Positions 29,082-38,705 of a stretch of 54,532 nt of DNA are shown in pieces. The stretch is from Flavobacteriales bacterium (GTDB lineage Bacteria; Bacteroidota; Bacteroidia; Flavobacteriales; Flavobacteriaceae). The translations under genes and the position numbers were made by a program. The number at the start of each line of letters is the position of its first letter. The stretch's first letter is position 1. The notes under the pieces were generated by a model that made no database searches, was not told the origin of the DNA, and was given only the letters and a program-made list of their open reading frames with translations. The DNA lies in the NCBI GenBank assembly GCA_024229195.1, contig JAAESS010000141.1, positions 1 through 54,532 on the forward strand, given 5' to 3'.

Positions 29082-31728
29082 TTTAAAATACACGCTGCTG
29101 TTGTTGTTTTTTATCCTATCCAGTGTTACTGTGAATGGGCAAAGCACTGCGCTAACCAATATCAAGGCCCAAGATACTATTCCGGCTACTAAACCACTTG
29201 ATTCTTTACCAGCTGCTCAACAAAGAGCCGATTCGATAAATATGTCGAACAGCGATAAGGTATTAGATTCTCTAAAGCCCGTCGGTCAGGTATCTGATAC
29301 GATCAAAAAAGTAGTCTCCGAACCTATAAAACTGGAAAAAAATAAAAAATATGTTTTAGGAGGAATTTCTGTAGTAGGAAATGAGACGATTTCAGAACAA
29401 TCCATCTTGATTTTTTCTGGGCTTAATTCAGGGCAAAAATTGAAAATTCCAGGAGATAAATTATCGTCCTCTATCAAAAAATTATGGAGTTCTAAATTAT
29501 TTTCAAATGTTGATGTATTTGTGACCAAAATTGATGGAGATGCCATCTATCTTGAGATCAATATTCGTGAACTTGATAAGGTTGGTAAAGTGACCATTAC
29601 CGGACTGAAAAAATCCAAGATCGAGGATCTTCAAAAAGAAATAGAGTTTCAAGAGGGTTCAATGCTGACTGAAAATTTGATTACGACCACTGAAAACTTT
29701 ATCAAGGATAAATATAGAGAAAAGGGGTTCCTAAAAACAAAGGTCACGATCAACACCAAAAAAGATACCAGTTTCCCAAATACACAGGATGCACTCATCG
29801 TCATAGATAAGGGAAACAGAATTAAAATAAAAAACATTACTTTTCATGGAAATACGGCTATTAAAGATAAGAAGCTGAAAAAGACCATGAAAAAGACCAA
29901 AGAAAAAGGGATCACAAGGCTTTTTTCTCCTTCCAAATTTGTCGAGGACCTGTACGAGGAAGACCTTGATAAAGTTGTAGAATTATTTCAGGAGAAAGGT
30001 TTTAGAGATGCTCTTGTGATAAAAGATTCGGTTTCCTGGAATGATGACAACACCATCAACCTTGACATCTTTTTAACACAGGGTGATCGCTATAAATTTG
30101 GTTCCATTGCATTTCTCGGTAATACTGTTTTCACGGATCAGCAATTACAAACCATATTAAGAATCGAACCCGGGGTAACTTACAATGGGAAAGCGCTTAA
30201 TGAAAGAGTATATGGGGATGGCACACCTGAATCACAGGATATTACAAACACATATCTTGACAACGGTTACCTGTTTTCGAGAATAAATGCAGTAGAAACA
30301 AGTGCTGCAAATAATACCATTGCACTGGAAATCAGAATCATTGAAGATGAACCGGCTAGTATCAGAAAAGTAAGCATCAAAGGAAATGATGTGACCAATG
30401 ACCATGTACTATACAGAGAGATTCGAACCAAACCCGGAGATCTGTTTAGTAAAAGTGACATTGTAAGATCAATTCGTGAACTTGGGCAGCTTGGATTTAT
30501 TGATCCTGAAAACATCGTACCGGATGTACAGCCTAATTTCGCTGATAAAACAGCCGATATAGAATTTTCTGTTTCTGAGAAAGGATCAAGTCAGATCGAG
30601 TTACAAGGTGGTTATGGAGGTGGAACCTTTGTAGGTACTTTAGGTCTTTCATTTAATAACTTTTCGGTAAAAAATCTTTTTAATTTTAAGGAATATAAAC
30701 CTGTTCCTCGTGGAGATGGTCAAAATATAGCACTTAGACTTCAGGTCAGTAAATTTTACAGAACTTATAGTCTTTCTTTTTCTGAACCATGGCTGGGAGG
30801 TAAAAAACCCAAAGGTTTTAACTTCTCTGTCTATAATTCCAGCCAATATGGTTATGACCCTTTCTCAAATGATGTGGATAAAGATCAATTACTGGATATT
30901 ATCGGTGCTTCAGTTGGCTTAAGTCAGCGACTGAAATGGCCGGATGATTTCTTTACATTGTCGACCTCGTTCAATTATCAACGTTACAAGCTTCAGAATT
31001 ACAATATTTCTTCTTTTGATTTTGATAATGGAATTTCAAATAACTTCAACTTTGCAGTAAATTTTGGAAGAAGCTCAGCAGGTCCAAACCCTGTTTTTCC
31101 ATCAGGAGGTTCACAGTTTAACTTGCTGTTAAAACTAACTCCTCCTTATTCTCTGTTTGATGATAAAGATTACACGAATCTTCCGGACGAAGAAAAATAT
31201 AAATGGATAGAATTTTATAAAATTGTATTTACCGGTAAATGGTATAGCCCGGTTGTTGGTAAAATGGTATTGATGTCCAATGCCGAATTAGGTTTTCTTG
31301 GATATTACAACGAAGAAATTGGTGCTCCTCCATTTGAGAGATTTTATGTAGGTGGGGATGGTATGCAAACAGGACGTTTTGACGGTAGAACAACAATTGC
31401 CTTAAGAGGTTATCCAAACTCGAGTTTATCTTCCCAAACAGGAGGTACGATATATAATAAAATAGCGTTTGAATTAAGATACCCGATTACCTTAAAACCC
31501 TCGGCTTCGATTTATGCCCTTACCTTTTTAGAAGGAGGTAATTCATGGAACGAATTTGATGAATACAGACCTTTTGAATTAAAGAGATCTGCCGGAGGTG
31601 GTTTAAGGGTATTTATGCCGGCTTTTGGTTTGCTTGGAGTTGATTTTGGATATGGTTTCGACACGATCCCTGGATCCAACCAGATTTCAGGATGGCAAAC
31701 ACATTTTATCATAGGACAACAGTTCTAA
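29041..31728 (+). CDS. bamA: Outer membrane protein assembly factor BamA
   Basis: POTRA repeats, SSQIELQGGYGGG, LRGY loop-6 motif, ends HFIIGQQF. TTG start overlaps uppS by 41 nt (start uncertain). Confidence 0.95.
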   Translation: MEKQVNKLKTVINSLKYTLLLLFFILSSVTVNGQSTALTNIKAQDTIPATKPLDSLPAAQQRADSINMSNSDKVLDSLKPVGQVSDTIKKVVSEPIKLEKNKKYVLGGISVVGNETISEQSILIFSGLNSGQKLKIPGDKLSSSIKKLWSSKLFSNVDVFVTKIDGDAIYLEINIRELDKVGKVTITGLKKSKIEDLQKEIEFQEGSMLTENLITTTENFIKDKYREKGFLKTKVTINTKKDTSFPNTQDALIVIDKGNRIKIKNITFHGNTAIKDKKLKKTMKKTKEKGITRLFSPSKFVEDLYEEDLDKVVELFQEKGFRDALVIKDSVSWNDDNTINLDIFLTQGDRYKFGSIAFLGNTVFTDQQLQTILRIEPGVTYNGKALNERVYGDGTPESQDITNTYLDNGYLFSRINAVETSAANNTIALEIRIIEDEPASIRKVSIKGNDVTNDHVLYREIRTKPGDLFSKSDIVRSIRELGQLGFIDPENIVPDVQPNFADKTADIEFSVSEKGSSQIELQGGYGGGTFVGTLGLSFNNFSVKNLFNFKEYKPVPRGDGQNIALRLQVSKFYRTYSLSFSEPWLGGKKPKGFNFSVYNSSQYGYDPFSNDVDKDQLLDIIGASVGLSQRLKWPDDFFTLSTSFNYQRYKLQNYNISSFDFDNGISNNFNFAVNFGRSSAGPNPVFPSGGSQFNLLLKLTPPYSLFDDKDYTNLPDEEKYKWIEFYKIVFTGKWYSPVVGKMVLMSNAELGFLGYYNEEIGAPPFERFYVGGDGMQTGRFDGRTTIALRGYPNSSLSSQTGGTIYNKIAFELRYPITLKPSASIYALTFLEGGNSWNEFDEYRPFELKRSAGGGLRVFMPAFGLLGVDFGYGFDTIPGSNQISGWQTHFIIGQQF

Positions 31729-31790
31729 GCTAATTTGCTATATTTGCCCAAATCAAGAAATGGCACAATTTTTTCTTGTAAACGATTAGA

Positions 31791-32684
31791 ATGAAAGTAA
31801 ATAGGGTTTTAGTTATAGTCTTTATTTGTTTTGCCTTTATGGTTAATGCCCAAAAACCACAGAGAGTTGCCTATATTGATATGAACTATATTTTGGAAAA
31901 TGTTCCTGAATATGCATCAGCCCAAGCCCAGTTAGATAATAAGGTAAAAACCTGGCAACAAAAACTAGATGTTCTTTCTGATGAAATTGAACAGATGAAA
32001 ACTGATCTAAGCAATGAAAAATCCTTATTAACAAAGGAATTGATCAGTGAGAGAGAAGAAGATATAGAGATTAAAGATCAGGAATTGAAACGATTACAGC
32101 AAGCTTATTTCGGGCCAACCGGGGATCTGTTTCAAATGAGAAAGCAATTTGTAAAACCTGTACAGGACCAAGTATACAATGCAATACAAGACATAGCAAC
32201 TAAAAAGCGTTATGATTTTGTTTTAGATAAATCAAGTGATTTGATCTTGTTGTATAGCAACAGTAAATACGATATCAGTGAGCTTGTATTGAATGCAATT
32301 GTTAAAAATAGAAAAAGAAAAGCGGTACAAGACCTCAAAGCAGAAAGACTGGCGAAGGCCGGAGTGGTAAGTAGCCCTACTGTTCTTGAAAATGATAATG
32401 AGGGTGTGGATGTGGAACAGCAGGTTGAGGACGCTGAAGTTGAAGTGACCGATGAATATGTCAATGAAAAGCTTCCGGAAGAAAAGACAGATGAACAACT
32501 CAAATTAGAAGCAAGAATTGCAAAAAGGGAAGAGTTGAAGGAGAGGATCAAGGCACAGCAAGAGGCCAGAGCCAAAATGAGAGATTCTTTAAAGCAAGTT
32601 GCTGAAGAAAAAAGAGCAGCTAAATTGAAAGAAATTGAAGATAGAAAAAAACAGAGAGAAGAAGCAATAGACAATAACAATTAA
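31791..32684 (+). CDS. OmpH/Skp family chaperone with long charged C-terminal extension
   Basis: RVAYIDMNYIL, KPVQDQVYNAI, YDFVLDK, DISELVL; then about 125 aa of acidic linker and coiled coil. Confidence 0.88.
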   Translation: MKVNRVLVIVFICFAFMVNAQKPQRVAYIDMNYILENVPEYASAQAQLDNKVKTWQQKLDVLSDEIEQMKTDLSNEKSLLTKELISEREEDIEIKDQELKRLQQAYFGPTGDLFQMRKQFVKPVQDQVYNAIQDIATKKRYDFVLDKSSDLILLYSNSKYDISELVLNAIVKNRKRKAVQDLKAERLAKAGVVSSPTVLENDNEGVDVEQQVEDAEVEVTDEYVNEKLPEEKTDEQLKLEARIAKREELKERIKAQQEARAKMRDSLKQVAEEKRAAKLKEIEDRKKQREEAIDNNN

Positions 32685-32731
32685 GAAAGAAGTAAAAACA
32701 AAAAAATTATTAATAACAAATTATTTGAAAA

Positions 32732-33238
32732 ATGAAATCATTTAGAAATTTATTCGTGGCATTTGCACTTTTATTGGCCTTTAATGCAGTTCAAGCCCAG
32801 AATGTTGCACACATCGATAGCGAACAATTATTGATGGCTATGCCAGAAACAAAAGCAATGGAGACAGAATTGAAAAAAGTGCAACAAACTTATGCAGATG
32901 AGTACAATGCACAAGCAACTGCTCTACAAGCTAAATTGCAGAAATATGACGCTGAAGCGCCGACTCAAACAGATGCAAAGAATGAAGAAAGAAGAGTAGA
33001 AGTTGAAGGTTTGAAGCAAAAAATTCAAAAATATGCACAAACTGCTGATCAGGAAATTCAAAAGAAAAGATTTGATCTTTTAAAGCCTATCGTTGAGAAA
33101 GCTCAAAAAGCGGTTAGTGATGTAGCTTCTGAAAAAGGATATAAATATGTTTTAGATGCATCTCCAGGTAAAGGTTTGATTGTTTTTGACGGTGAAGATT
33201 TGATGCCTCTTGTTAAAACGAAACTAGGAATTCAGTAA
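32732..33238 (+). CDS. skp: OmpH/Skp family periplasmic chaperone
   Basis: Signal peptide, VAHID, LLKPIVEKAQKAV..VA...GYKYVLD, DL..LVK.KLG. Confidence 0.88.
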   Translation: MKSFRNLFVAFALLLAFNAVQAQNVAHIDSEQLLMAMPETKAMETELKKVQQTYADEYNAQATALQAKLQKYDAEAPTQTDAKNEERRVEVEGLKQKIQKYAQTADQEIQKKRFDLLKPIVEKAQKAVSDVASEKGYKYVLDASPGKGLIVFDGEDLMPLVKTKLGIQ

Positions 33239-33254
33239 ACAAAGAATTTAATCT

Positions 33255-33290
33255 AAAAAAAACATCCTTGCTTCTAGGATGTTTTTTTTT
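33255..33290. terminator. Bidirectional terminator between the skp operon and the gamma-CA gene
   Basis: A8-CATCCT-7nt-AGGATG-T9. Confidence 0.85.
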
Positions 33291-33345
33291 ACTTTTTAAT
33301 CACTCAGACCCGGACAGATGATAATCATAAATCAAACATTGTGAA

Positions 33346-33858
33346 TTAATCCTGATACCAACTTGCGTATTTTATGTAATTATTTGCTATTCTGTCTATC
33401 TCTCCTGAAATAAGTTCCTGATCAATATCCTTTATCTTTTTCGCTGGCATACCTCCAAACACTGAACCTGATGGAACCAGAGTTCCCTTAGTAACCACAG
33501 CACCTGCTGCGATAATACTATTGCTCTCAATTACACAGTCGTCCATTACAATGGCTCCCATGCCGATAAGGACATTGTCATGTATCCTACATCCATGCAC
33601 CAAAGCATTGTGACCAATCGAGACATTATTTCCAATATGAGTTGGTGATTTCTTATAAGTAGCATGAATTACAGCCCCATCCTGAATATTTACCTTGTTG
33701 CCGATCCTTATAAAATGTACATCTCCTCTGATCACTGCATTGTACCAAATACTGCATTGATCTCCCATGCTAACATCTCCAACTACTACAGAATTTTCGG
33801 CAAAAAAACAGTCTTTTCCAAAAACCGGTGATTTCCCATTGAGTTCTTTTATGATCAT
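33346..33858 (-). CDS. Gamma carbonic anhydrase family (hexapeptide repeat, YrdA-like) protein
   Basis: IRGDV, NIQDGAVIH, IGHNALVHGC His ligands; TACTTTTG at 33890-33897 (-). Confidence 0.9.
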   Translation of the reverse strand: MIIKELNGKSPVFGKDCFFAENSVVVGDVSMGDQCSIWYNAVIRGDVHFIRIGNKVNIQDGAVIHATYKKSPTHIGNNVSIGHNALVHGCRIHDNVLIGMGAIVMDDCVIESNSIIAAGAVVTKGTLVPSGSVFGGMPAKKIKDIDQELISGEIDRIANNYIKYASWYQD

Positions 33859-33940
33859 TATCTTTTTTTGAAGGATTTAACACAAGTCTCAAAAGTAAGA
33901 AAAAATACTTTCGTAAATTTGCAATCCAACTATTATAACT

Positions 33941-34825
33941 ATGTCAAAAATTAAAATAGAATACACATCAAATCCTGCGATTATCAAATTTGTCGCTCAT
34001 AAAATACTTACCGAAAGCAGCTTTGAATACAACTCAATTGACGATGCAAAGAACTCGGCTTTAGTACAACAGTTGTTTCATTTACCATTTGTGAAAAAAG
34101 TTTTTATCACGGCAAACTTTATCGCTCTGGAAAAATTTGATATTCTTGAGTGGAAGGAAGTAGAAAAGGAACTTCAAGAAATACTTGAGGCCTATCTTGA
34201 GCAAAATGAGTCTGTTTTTTCAGAAGATCAAAAGGAACAAATTGTAGAGGTGTATGCCGAAAGCACACCTAATCCAAACGTTCAAAAATTTGTAACTAAT
34301 AAATTATTGAGTAACCAAAATATTGAACTTAGTGACAAAGAAGCTGCACGTAAAGTGCCGCTGGCATTCGAACTTTTTGAATTTCCGTTCGTAAAAGAAG
34401 TGTTTATCTCTGACAACTATGTATCAATTCAAAAATCAAATGATCTTGAATGGTTCGAGGTCAACAATGCTTTAAGAGATTTTTTAAAGGAATACCTACA
34501 AAGTGACAGGAGAATTGTTTCAGAAGGTTATGTCCCGGTGGTAAAAACATCTCAAACAGATAATAAAAAATTTAAGGTGACAGATGATGACATCTCTAAG
34601 GAGATCATTGCAGTATTAGAGGAATATATTAAACCTGCCGTGGCAGGTGATGGAGGAAACATTCAGTTTCTCTCTTATGTTGCCGAAACAAAAGAAGTAA
34701 ACGTTTTGCTTCAGGGCGCATGCAATGGCTGTCCCTCCTCTACGATCACTTTAAAGAACGGTATCGAAGCAACTCTTAAACAATTATTACCTGGAAAAAT
34801 TGGTGCTGTAAACGCCATGAACTAA
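33941..34825 (+). CDS. NifU/NfuA family Fe-S carrier with two Nfu N-terminal scaffold domains
   Basis: Duplicated (T/S)(S/P)NP..KFV...LF..PFVK.VFI; C-terminal IKPAVAGDGGNI, GACNGCPSS; TAAATTTG at 33914-33921. Confidence 0.9.
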   Translation: MSKIKIEYTSNPAIIKFVAHKILTESSFEYNSIDDAKNSALVQQLFHLPFVKKVFITANFIALEKFDILEWKEVEKELQEILEAYLEQNESVFSEDQKEQIVEVYAESTPNPNVQKFVTNKLLSNQNIELSDKEAARKVPLAFELFEFPFVKEVFISDNYVSIQKSNDLEWFEVNNALRDFLKEYLQSDRRIVSEGYVPVVKTSQTDNKKFKVTDDDISKEIIAVLEEYIKPAVAGDGGNIQFLSYVAETKEVNVLLQGACNGCPSSTITLKNGIEATLKQLLPGKIGAVNAMN

Positions 34826-34852
34826 ATATATTACCCTTTTCTACATCACTTA

Positions 34853-36991
34853 ATGAAAACAAGACTTTATCTCAAATCAGCTATTTTGCTCGCTTGTTTG
34901 GCAGGCAACGCATATGCTCAAAAAACAACTTCAGCTTTGACTTATCCTGAAACATCCAAAGGCACAACCATTGATAATTATTTTGGAAACGAAGTGGCAG
35001 ATCCATTCAGATGGCTTGAAGACGATAGATCAGAAGAAACAGAAGAATGGGTAAAATCTCAAAATAAGGTAACTCAAGGCTACCTTGATCATATTCCTTA
35101 CCGTGATCAAATTAAGGAAAGAATGACCAAGTTATGGAACTATGAAAAGTATGGTTCTCCTACCCGACACGGTGATTATGATTACTTCTACAAAAATGAC
35201 GGTTTGCAAAATCAGTATGTTTTATTTCGGCAAAAAGAAGGGATGGAGGCCGAAGTTTTTCTTGATCCGAATACATTTTCTGAGGACGGAACCACTTCTT
35301 TAAGCGATGTTTCATTTACGAAAGATGGTAAAAAAGTAGCTTACGCGATTTCAGAAGGTGGTTCAGACTGGAGAAAAGTTATTGTGATGGATGCCTTAAG
35401 TAAGGAAATTCTTGAGGACACAATTAAGGATGTAAAATTCAGTGCCCTTTCATGGTATAAAACTGAAGGTTTTTATTATTCAAGTTATGAAAAACCTGAT
35501 GGTAGCGAATTATCTGCTAAAACTGATCAGCATAAATTATACTATCACAAATTAGGTACTCCACAGAAAGAGGATCAAGTCGTTTTTGGTGAAGACGCAA
35601 AAAGAAGGTACGTATTTGGATACATTACAGAAGATCAGCACTATTTGGTCATCACTGCGGCAGAATCAACCTCAGGAAATGAGCTGTACATAAAAGATTT
35701 AAGCAATCCGTCCAATGAATTGAAATGCCTGGTCGATAATTTTGAAAATGACCATTCAGTGGTTCATAGTAAAGGTGACTTACTCTATGTTTCGACCAAT
35801 CTCAATGCACCTAATAAAAAAGTAATCACTTTTAAATACAACCAACCGGAAACAGAACACTGGAAAGATTTTATTGAAGAAACACAGTATGTCTTAACTA
35901 TTTCGACAGGAGCAGGTTATTTCTTTGCTGAATATATGATTGATGCAATTTCAAAAGTTTTTCAATACAGTGAGAAAGGCAAGTTGATCAGAGAAGTGGC
36001 GCTTCCCGGATTAGGCAGTAGCTCAGGATTTAGTGGAAAACTAAAAGACAAAAGCTTATATTTTTCGTTTACAAACTATACTACCCCTTCATCTATTTAT
36101 TTGTATGACCCGTCAAATGGCAGTTCTAAATTATTCAAAAAGCCAGAGGTTGGATTTGATTCAAATGATTATGAGTCTAAACAAGTATTTTTTAAATCTA
36201 AAGATGGTACCAAGGTACCCATGATCATTACTTATAAGAAAGGAACTGAACTCGACGGTAACAATCCTACCATTCTTTACGGGTATGGAGGGTTTAATAT
36301 TAGTCTTACACCCTCCTTTAGCATTGTCAATGCAACATGGCTTGAAATGGGAGGTGTTTATGCAGTAGCCAATTTAAGAGGAGGCGGTGAATATGGAAAG
36401 GCATGGCATGATGCAGGAACTCAGATGAAAAAACAAAATGTGTTTGATGATTTTATCGCTGCAGCCGAATACCTGATACAGGAAAAATACACATCAAGTA
36501 AATTTTTGGCCATTAGAGGTGGTTCCAATGGAGGTTTACTTGTTGGTGCAACTATGACGCAAAGACCTGATCTTATGCAGGTAGCGCTACCCGCAGTTGG
36601 TGTTTTAGATATGCTTCGTTATCATACATTTACAGCCGGTGCCGGATGGGCGTATGACTACGGAACATCAGAACAAAATGAAGAAATGTTTAAATATCTT
36701 TATGATTATTCACCGGTACATAATGTAAAAAAAGATGTCTCCTACCCTGCAACCCTTGTAACAACCGGTGATCATGATGACAGAGTTGTACCTGCTCATT
36801 CATTCAAATTTGCTGCTGAACTGCAGGACAAACAAAAAGGTGACAATCCGGTTTTGATCAGGATAGAAACTCAAGCTGGCCATGGAGCAGGAACACCTGT
36901 GTCAAAAACAATTGACCAGTATGCTGATATTTTTAGTTTTACCCTTTATAATATGGGAATAAAAACCTTAAATACTGGCGTTAAAAACTAA
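34853..36991 (+). CDS. Prolyl oligopeptidase (S9A), secreted
   Basis: [30 protein letters not shown] catalytic triad. Confidence 0.95.
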   Translation: MKTRLYLKSAILLACLAGNAYAQKTTSALTYPETSKGTTIDNYFGNEVADPFRWLEDDRSEETEEWVKSQNKVTQGYLDHIPYRDQIKERMTKLWNYEKYGSPTRHGDYDYFYKNDGLQNQYVLFRQKEGMEAEVFLDPNTFSEDGTTSLSDVSFTKDGKKVAYAISEGGSDWRKVIVMDALSKEILEDTIKDVKFSALSWYKTEGFYYSSYEKPDGSELSAKTDQHKLYYHKLGTPQKEDQVVFGEDAKRRYVFGYITEDQHYLVITAAESTSGNELYIKDLSNPSNELKCLVDNFENDHSVVHSKGDLLYVSTNLNAPNKKVITFKYNQPETEHWKDFIEETQYVLTISTGAGYFFAEYMIDAISKVFQYSEKGKLIREVALPGLGSSSGFSGKLKDKSLYFSFTNYTTPSSIYLYDPSNGSSKLFKKPEVGFDSNDYESKQVFFKSKDGTKVPMIITYKKGTELDGNNPTILYGYGGFNISLTPSFSIVNATWLEMGGVYAVANLRGGGEYGKAWHDAGTQMKKQNVFDDFIAAAEYLIQEKYTSSKFLAIRGGSNGGLLVGATMTQRPDLMQVALPAVGVLDMLRYHTFTAGAGWAYDYGTSEQNEEMFKYLYDYSPVHNVKKDVSYPATLVTTGDHDDRVVPAHSFKFAAELQDKQKGDNPVLIRIETQAGHGAGTPVSKTIDQYADIFSFTLYNMGIKTLNTGVKN

Positions 36992-37006
36992 GGTATTAAT
37001 CTGGTT

Positions 37007-37456
37007 CTAATCAATCGAAAGAACTGTAATTACTGTAGAGTTAAGTAATATCTTTTCGCCTTTTTCCTTGCCTATTAGAAGAGCTCCAATAGGTGAAGAA
37101 GGAGATATGGCATAGTAATATTTGCCCTCTAAACTAAGTTCTCCGGCACTGATCGATAGAAAGTAAATTGCTTGATCTGTAGTGATAAGACTACCCAATT
37201 TGATCTTTTTTGAGACTGAATTCAGCTGTATTTTATCAAGGGTTTCCTTCATTTGTTTGGCAACTCCAAGTTGCTGAGATGCTTTTTCCATTTCAAGATG
37301 TAACATAGCTCTTCCGGTCTCATGTTTGTCTCCGGCAGAACTTTTGGATTCATGTTCCAAGGCATTTCTGTTTTCAAGCATGATTGTTTCAATCGTATTC
37401 AATTTACTATTGACGAAAATATTGCATTGCTTCAACAAAGCTTCTTTAAGCATCAT
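37007..37456 (-). CDS. GreA/GreB-like protein (Bacteroidota KSSAGDKHETGR family)
   Basis: ESKSSAGDKHETGRAM; C-terminal ISPSSPIGALLIGK.KG GreA_GreB-like domain. Confidence 0.75.
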   Translation of the reverse strand: MMLKEALLKQCNIFVNSKLNTIETIMLENRNALEHESKSSAGDKHETGRAMLHLEMEKASQQLGVAKQMKETLDKIQLNSVSKKIKLGSLITTDQAIYFLSISAGELSLEGKYYYAISPSSPIGALLIGKEKGEKILLNSTVITVLSID

Positions 37457-37508
37457 TTAAAGATTTTAATCAAAAAATAAAAGTAAATAATTTCTATTCT
37501 TTAAAGTT

Positions 37509-38558
37509 TCACTGAATAATTTTATTCATATAACCCTTTAATCTGACAGGCAAATAGATTTCTGTTACAAGTTCTGCCGGATTCGGTGTGTTATCAGGAT
37601 CATTGATTAATATTTCGAAGGGCTCTCCATCATCCATTAACGAATATTCTTTTAGATTTTCTGCTTGAAACATAGCATTTTCCCATGCCTCTTCTGAATT
37701 GTTATACGCACCCGTCAATATCGATTTAAAATACGTTCCTCTTTTCATATATCCCGTTAGAATATCCGAATCTTGAGTGATTATTCTTTCTGCAATAGGA
37801 TAGCCTACTGAAAACATGGAAGTTCCGTTTTCCTGATCAAATTTATGATAAAGTATGAAGGGACTTCCTGTGAGCCTTACCTTATTTTTCACTACAAATT
37901 TATGAACATGCTCCATCATCTCCTTAGATTTAACACCTACATCATCTATTTTACTCGATGTTGAAGTATACAAATAAAAACCACCACTATAGTCAACAAC
38001 ACCAATCGAATCTATTGAATAAACTTTTAATTTCTTTTGTAAATTTTCATCGAATAATTCGAGACCTCTTTCTTCCATTGGCCCCAGTTGATCCGACATT
38101 CCAGAGGCAAGAAATCGAGAGAAGAAAGGAAGCTCTCCTTTAATCCCCCAAGTCACTTCTGTACCTGAATCCACCTTCTTCAAAATCCAATACACATCAG
38201 ATGCCATGTCTCCAAAAGGTGTTTCAAAAACAATTTCCTGATCGAGTCTCTCAGACTTTTGAACGCTAAGCGTCTTCATTTTTCCACCTCCTTCAATATC
38301 CGAGGTCCATGTGTAGCCGCCTCCCTTTCCCTTTGTATTACTTTCATATTGTACGCGAATAGTTGAATCCTGCTCATACCACGGACCCCACTCTGCCCAG
38401 TTTCGATAATCATTCAAGTCATTAAAAACAACTGTTGGATCCGCTTTGATCAACCTGGTTTTGGCCACATCATAGCTTCCGTCCAGAGTCGCTAAATAAA
38501 CGGCTCCTATTACGAAAAGTACCAATAAAAGAAGAATTATATTTTTTAAAAAATTCAT
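37509..38558 (-). CDS. Membrane-anchored SRPBCC (polyketide cyclase-like) plus GyrI-like effector-binding protein
   Basis: N-terminal TM helix, W..W.PW, GTEVTW, E.GL; C-terminal G.Y..., PFE....P...P.P..L.TEIYLPV; TATATTTG at 38587-38594 (-). Confidence 0.8.
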   Translation of the reverse strand: MNFLKNIILLLLVLFVIGAVYLATLDGSYDVAKTRLIKADPTVVFNDLNDYRNWAEWGPWYEQDSTIRVQYESNTKGKGGGYTWTSDIEGGGKMKTLSVQKSERLDQEIVFETPFGDMASDVYWILKKVDSGTEVTWGIKGELPFFSRFLASGMSDQLGPMEERGLELFDENLQKKLKVYSIDSIGVVDYSGGFYLYTSTSSKIDDVGVKSKEMMEHVHKFVVKNKVRLTGSPFILYHKFDQENGTSMFSVGYPIAERIITQDSDILTGYMKRGTYFKSILTGAYNNSEEAWENAMFQAENLKEYSLMDDGEPFEILINDPDNTPNPAELVTEIYLPVRLKGYMNKIIQ

Positions 38559-38645
38559 TTGGAAGAAGTTTGGTATTACAATAACTCAAATATAATAATT
38601 AAATCTTAAATAATTCAATATGAGATACTTAATAAATTTTTTTCA

Positions 38646-38677
38646 TTTGGTAAAACCTCTTCTTTTATCTAAATTTG
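38646..38677 (+). promoter_or_regulatory. Full Bacteroidota consensus promoter for the DPP III gene
   Basis: TTTG (38646-38649), 20-nt spacer, TAAATTTG (38670-38677). Confidence 0.7.
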
Positions 38678-38705
38678 AACTGATACAATCACTAATACTT
38701 ACTTC

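Noticed and set aside
33941-34825. Internal duplication in the NifU-family protein
   Set aside because: Two Nfu N-terminal domains are the usual flavobacterial architecture
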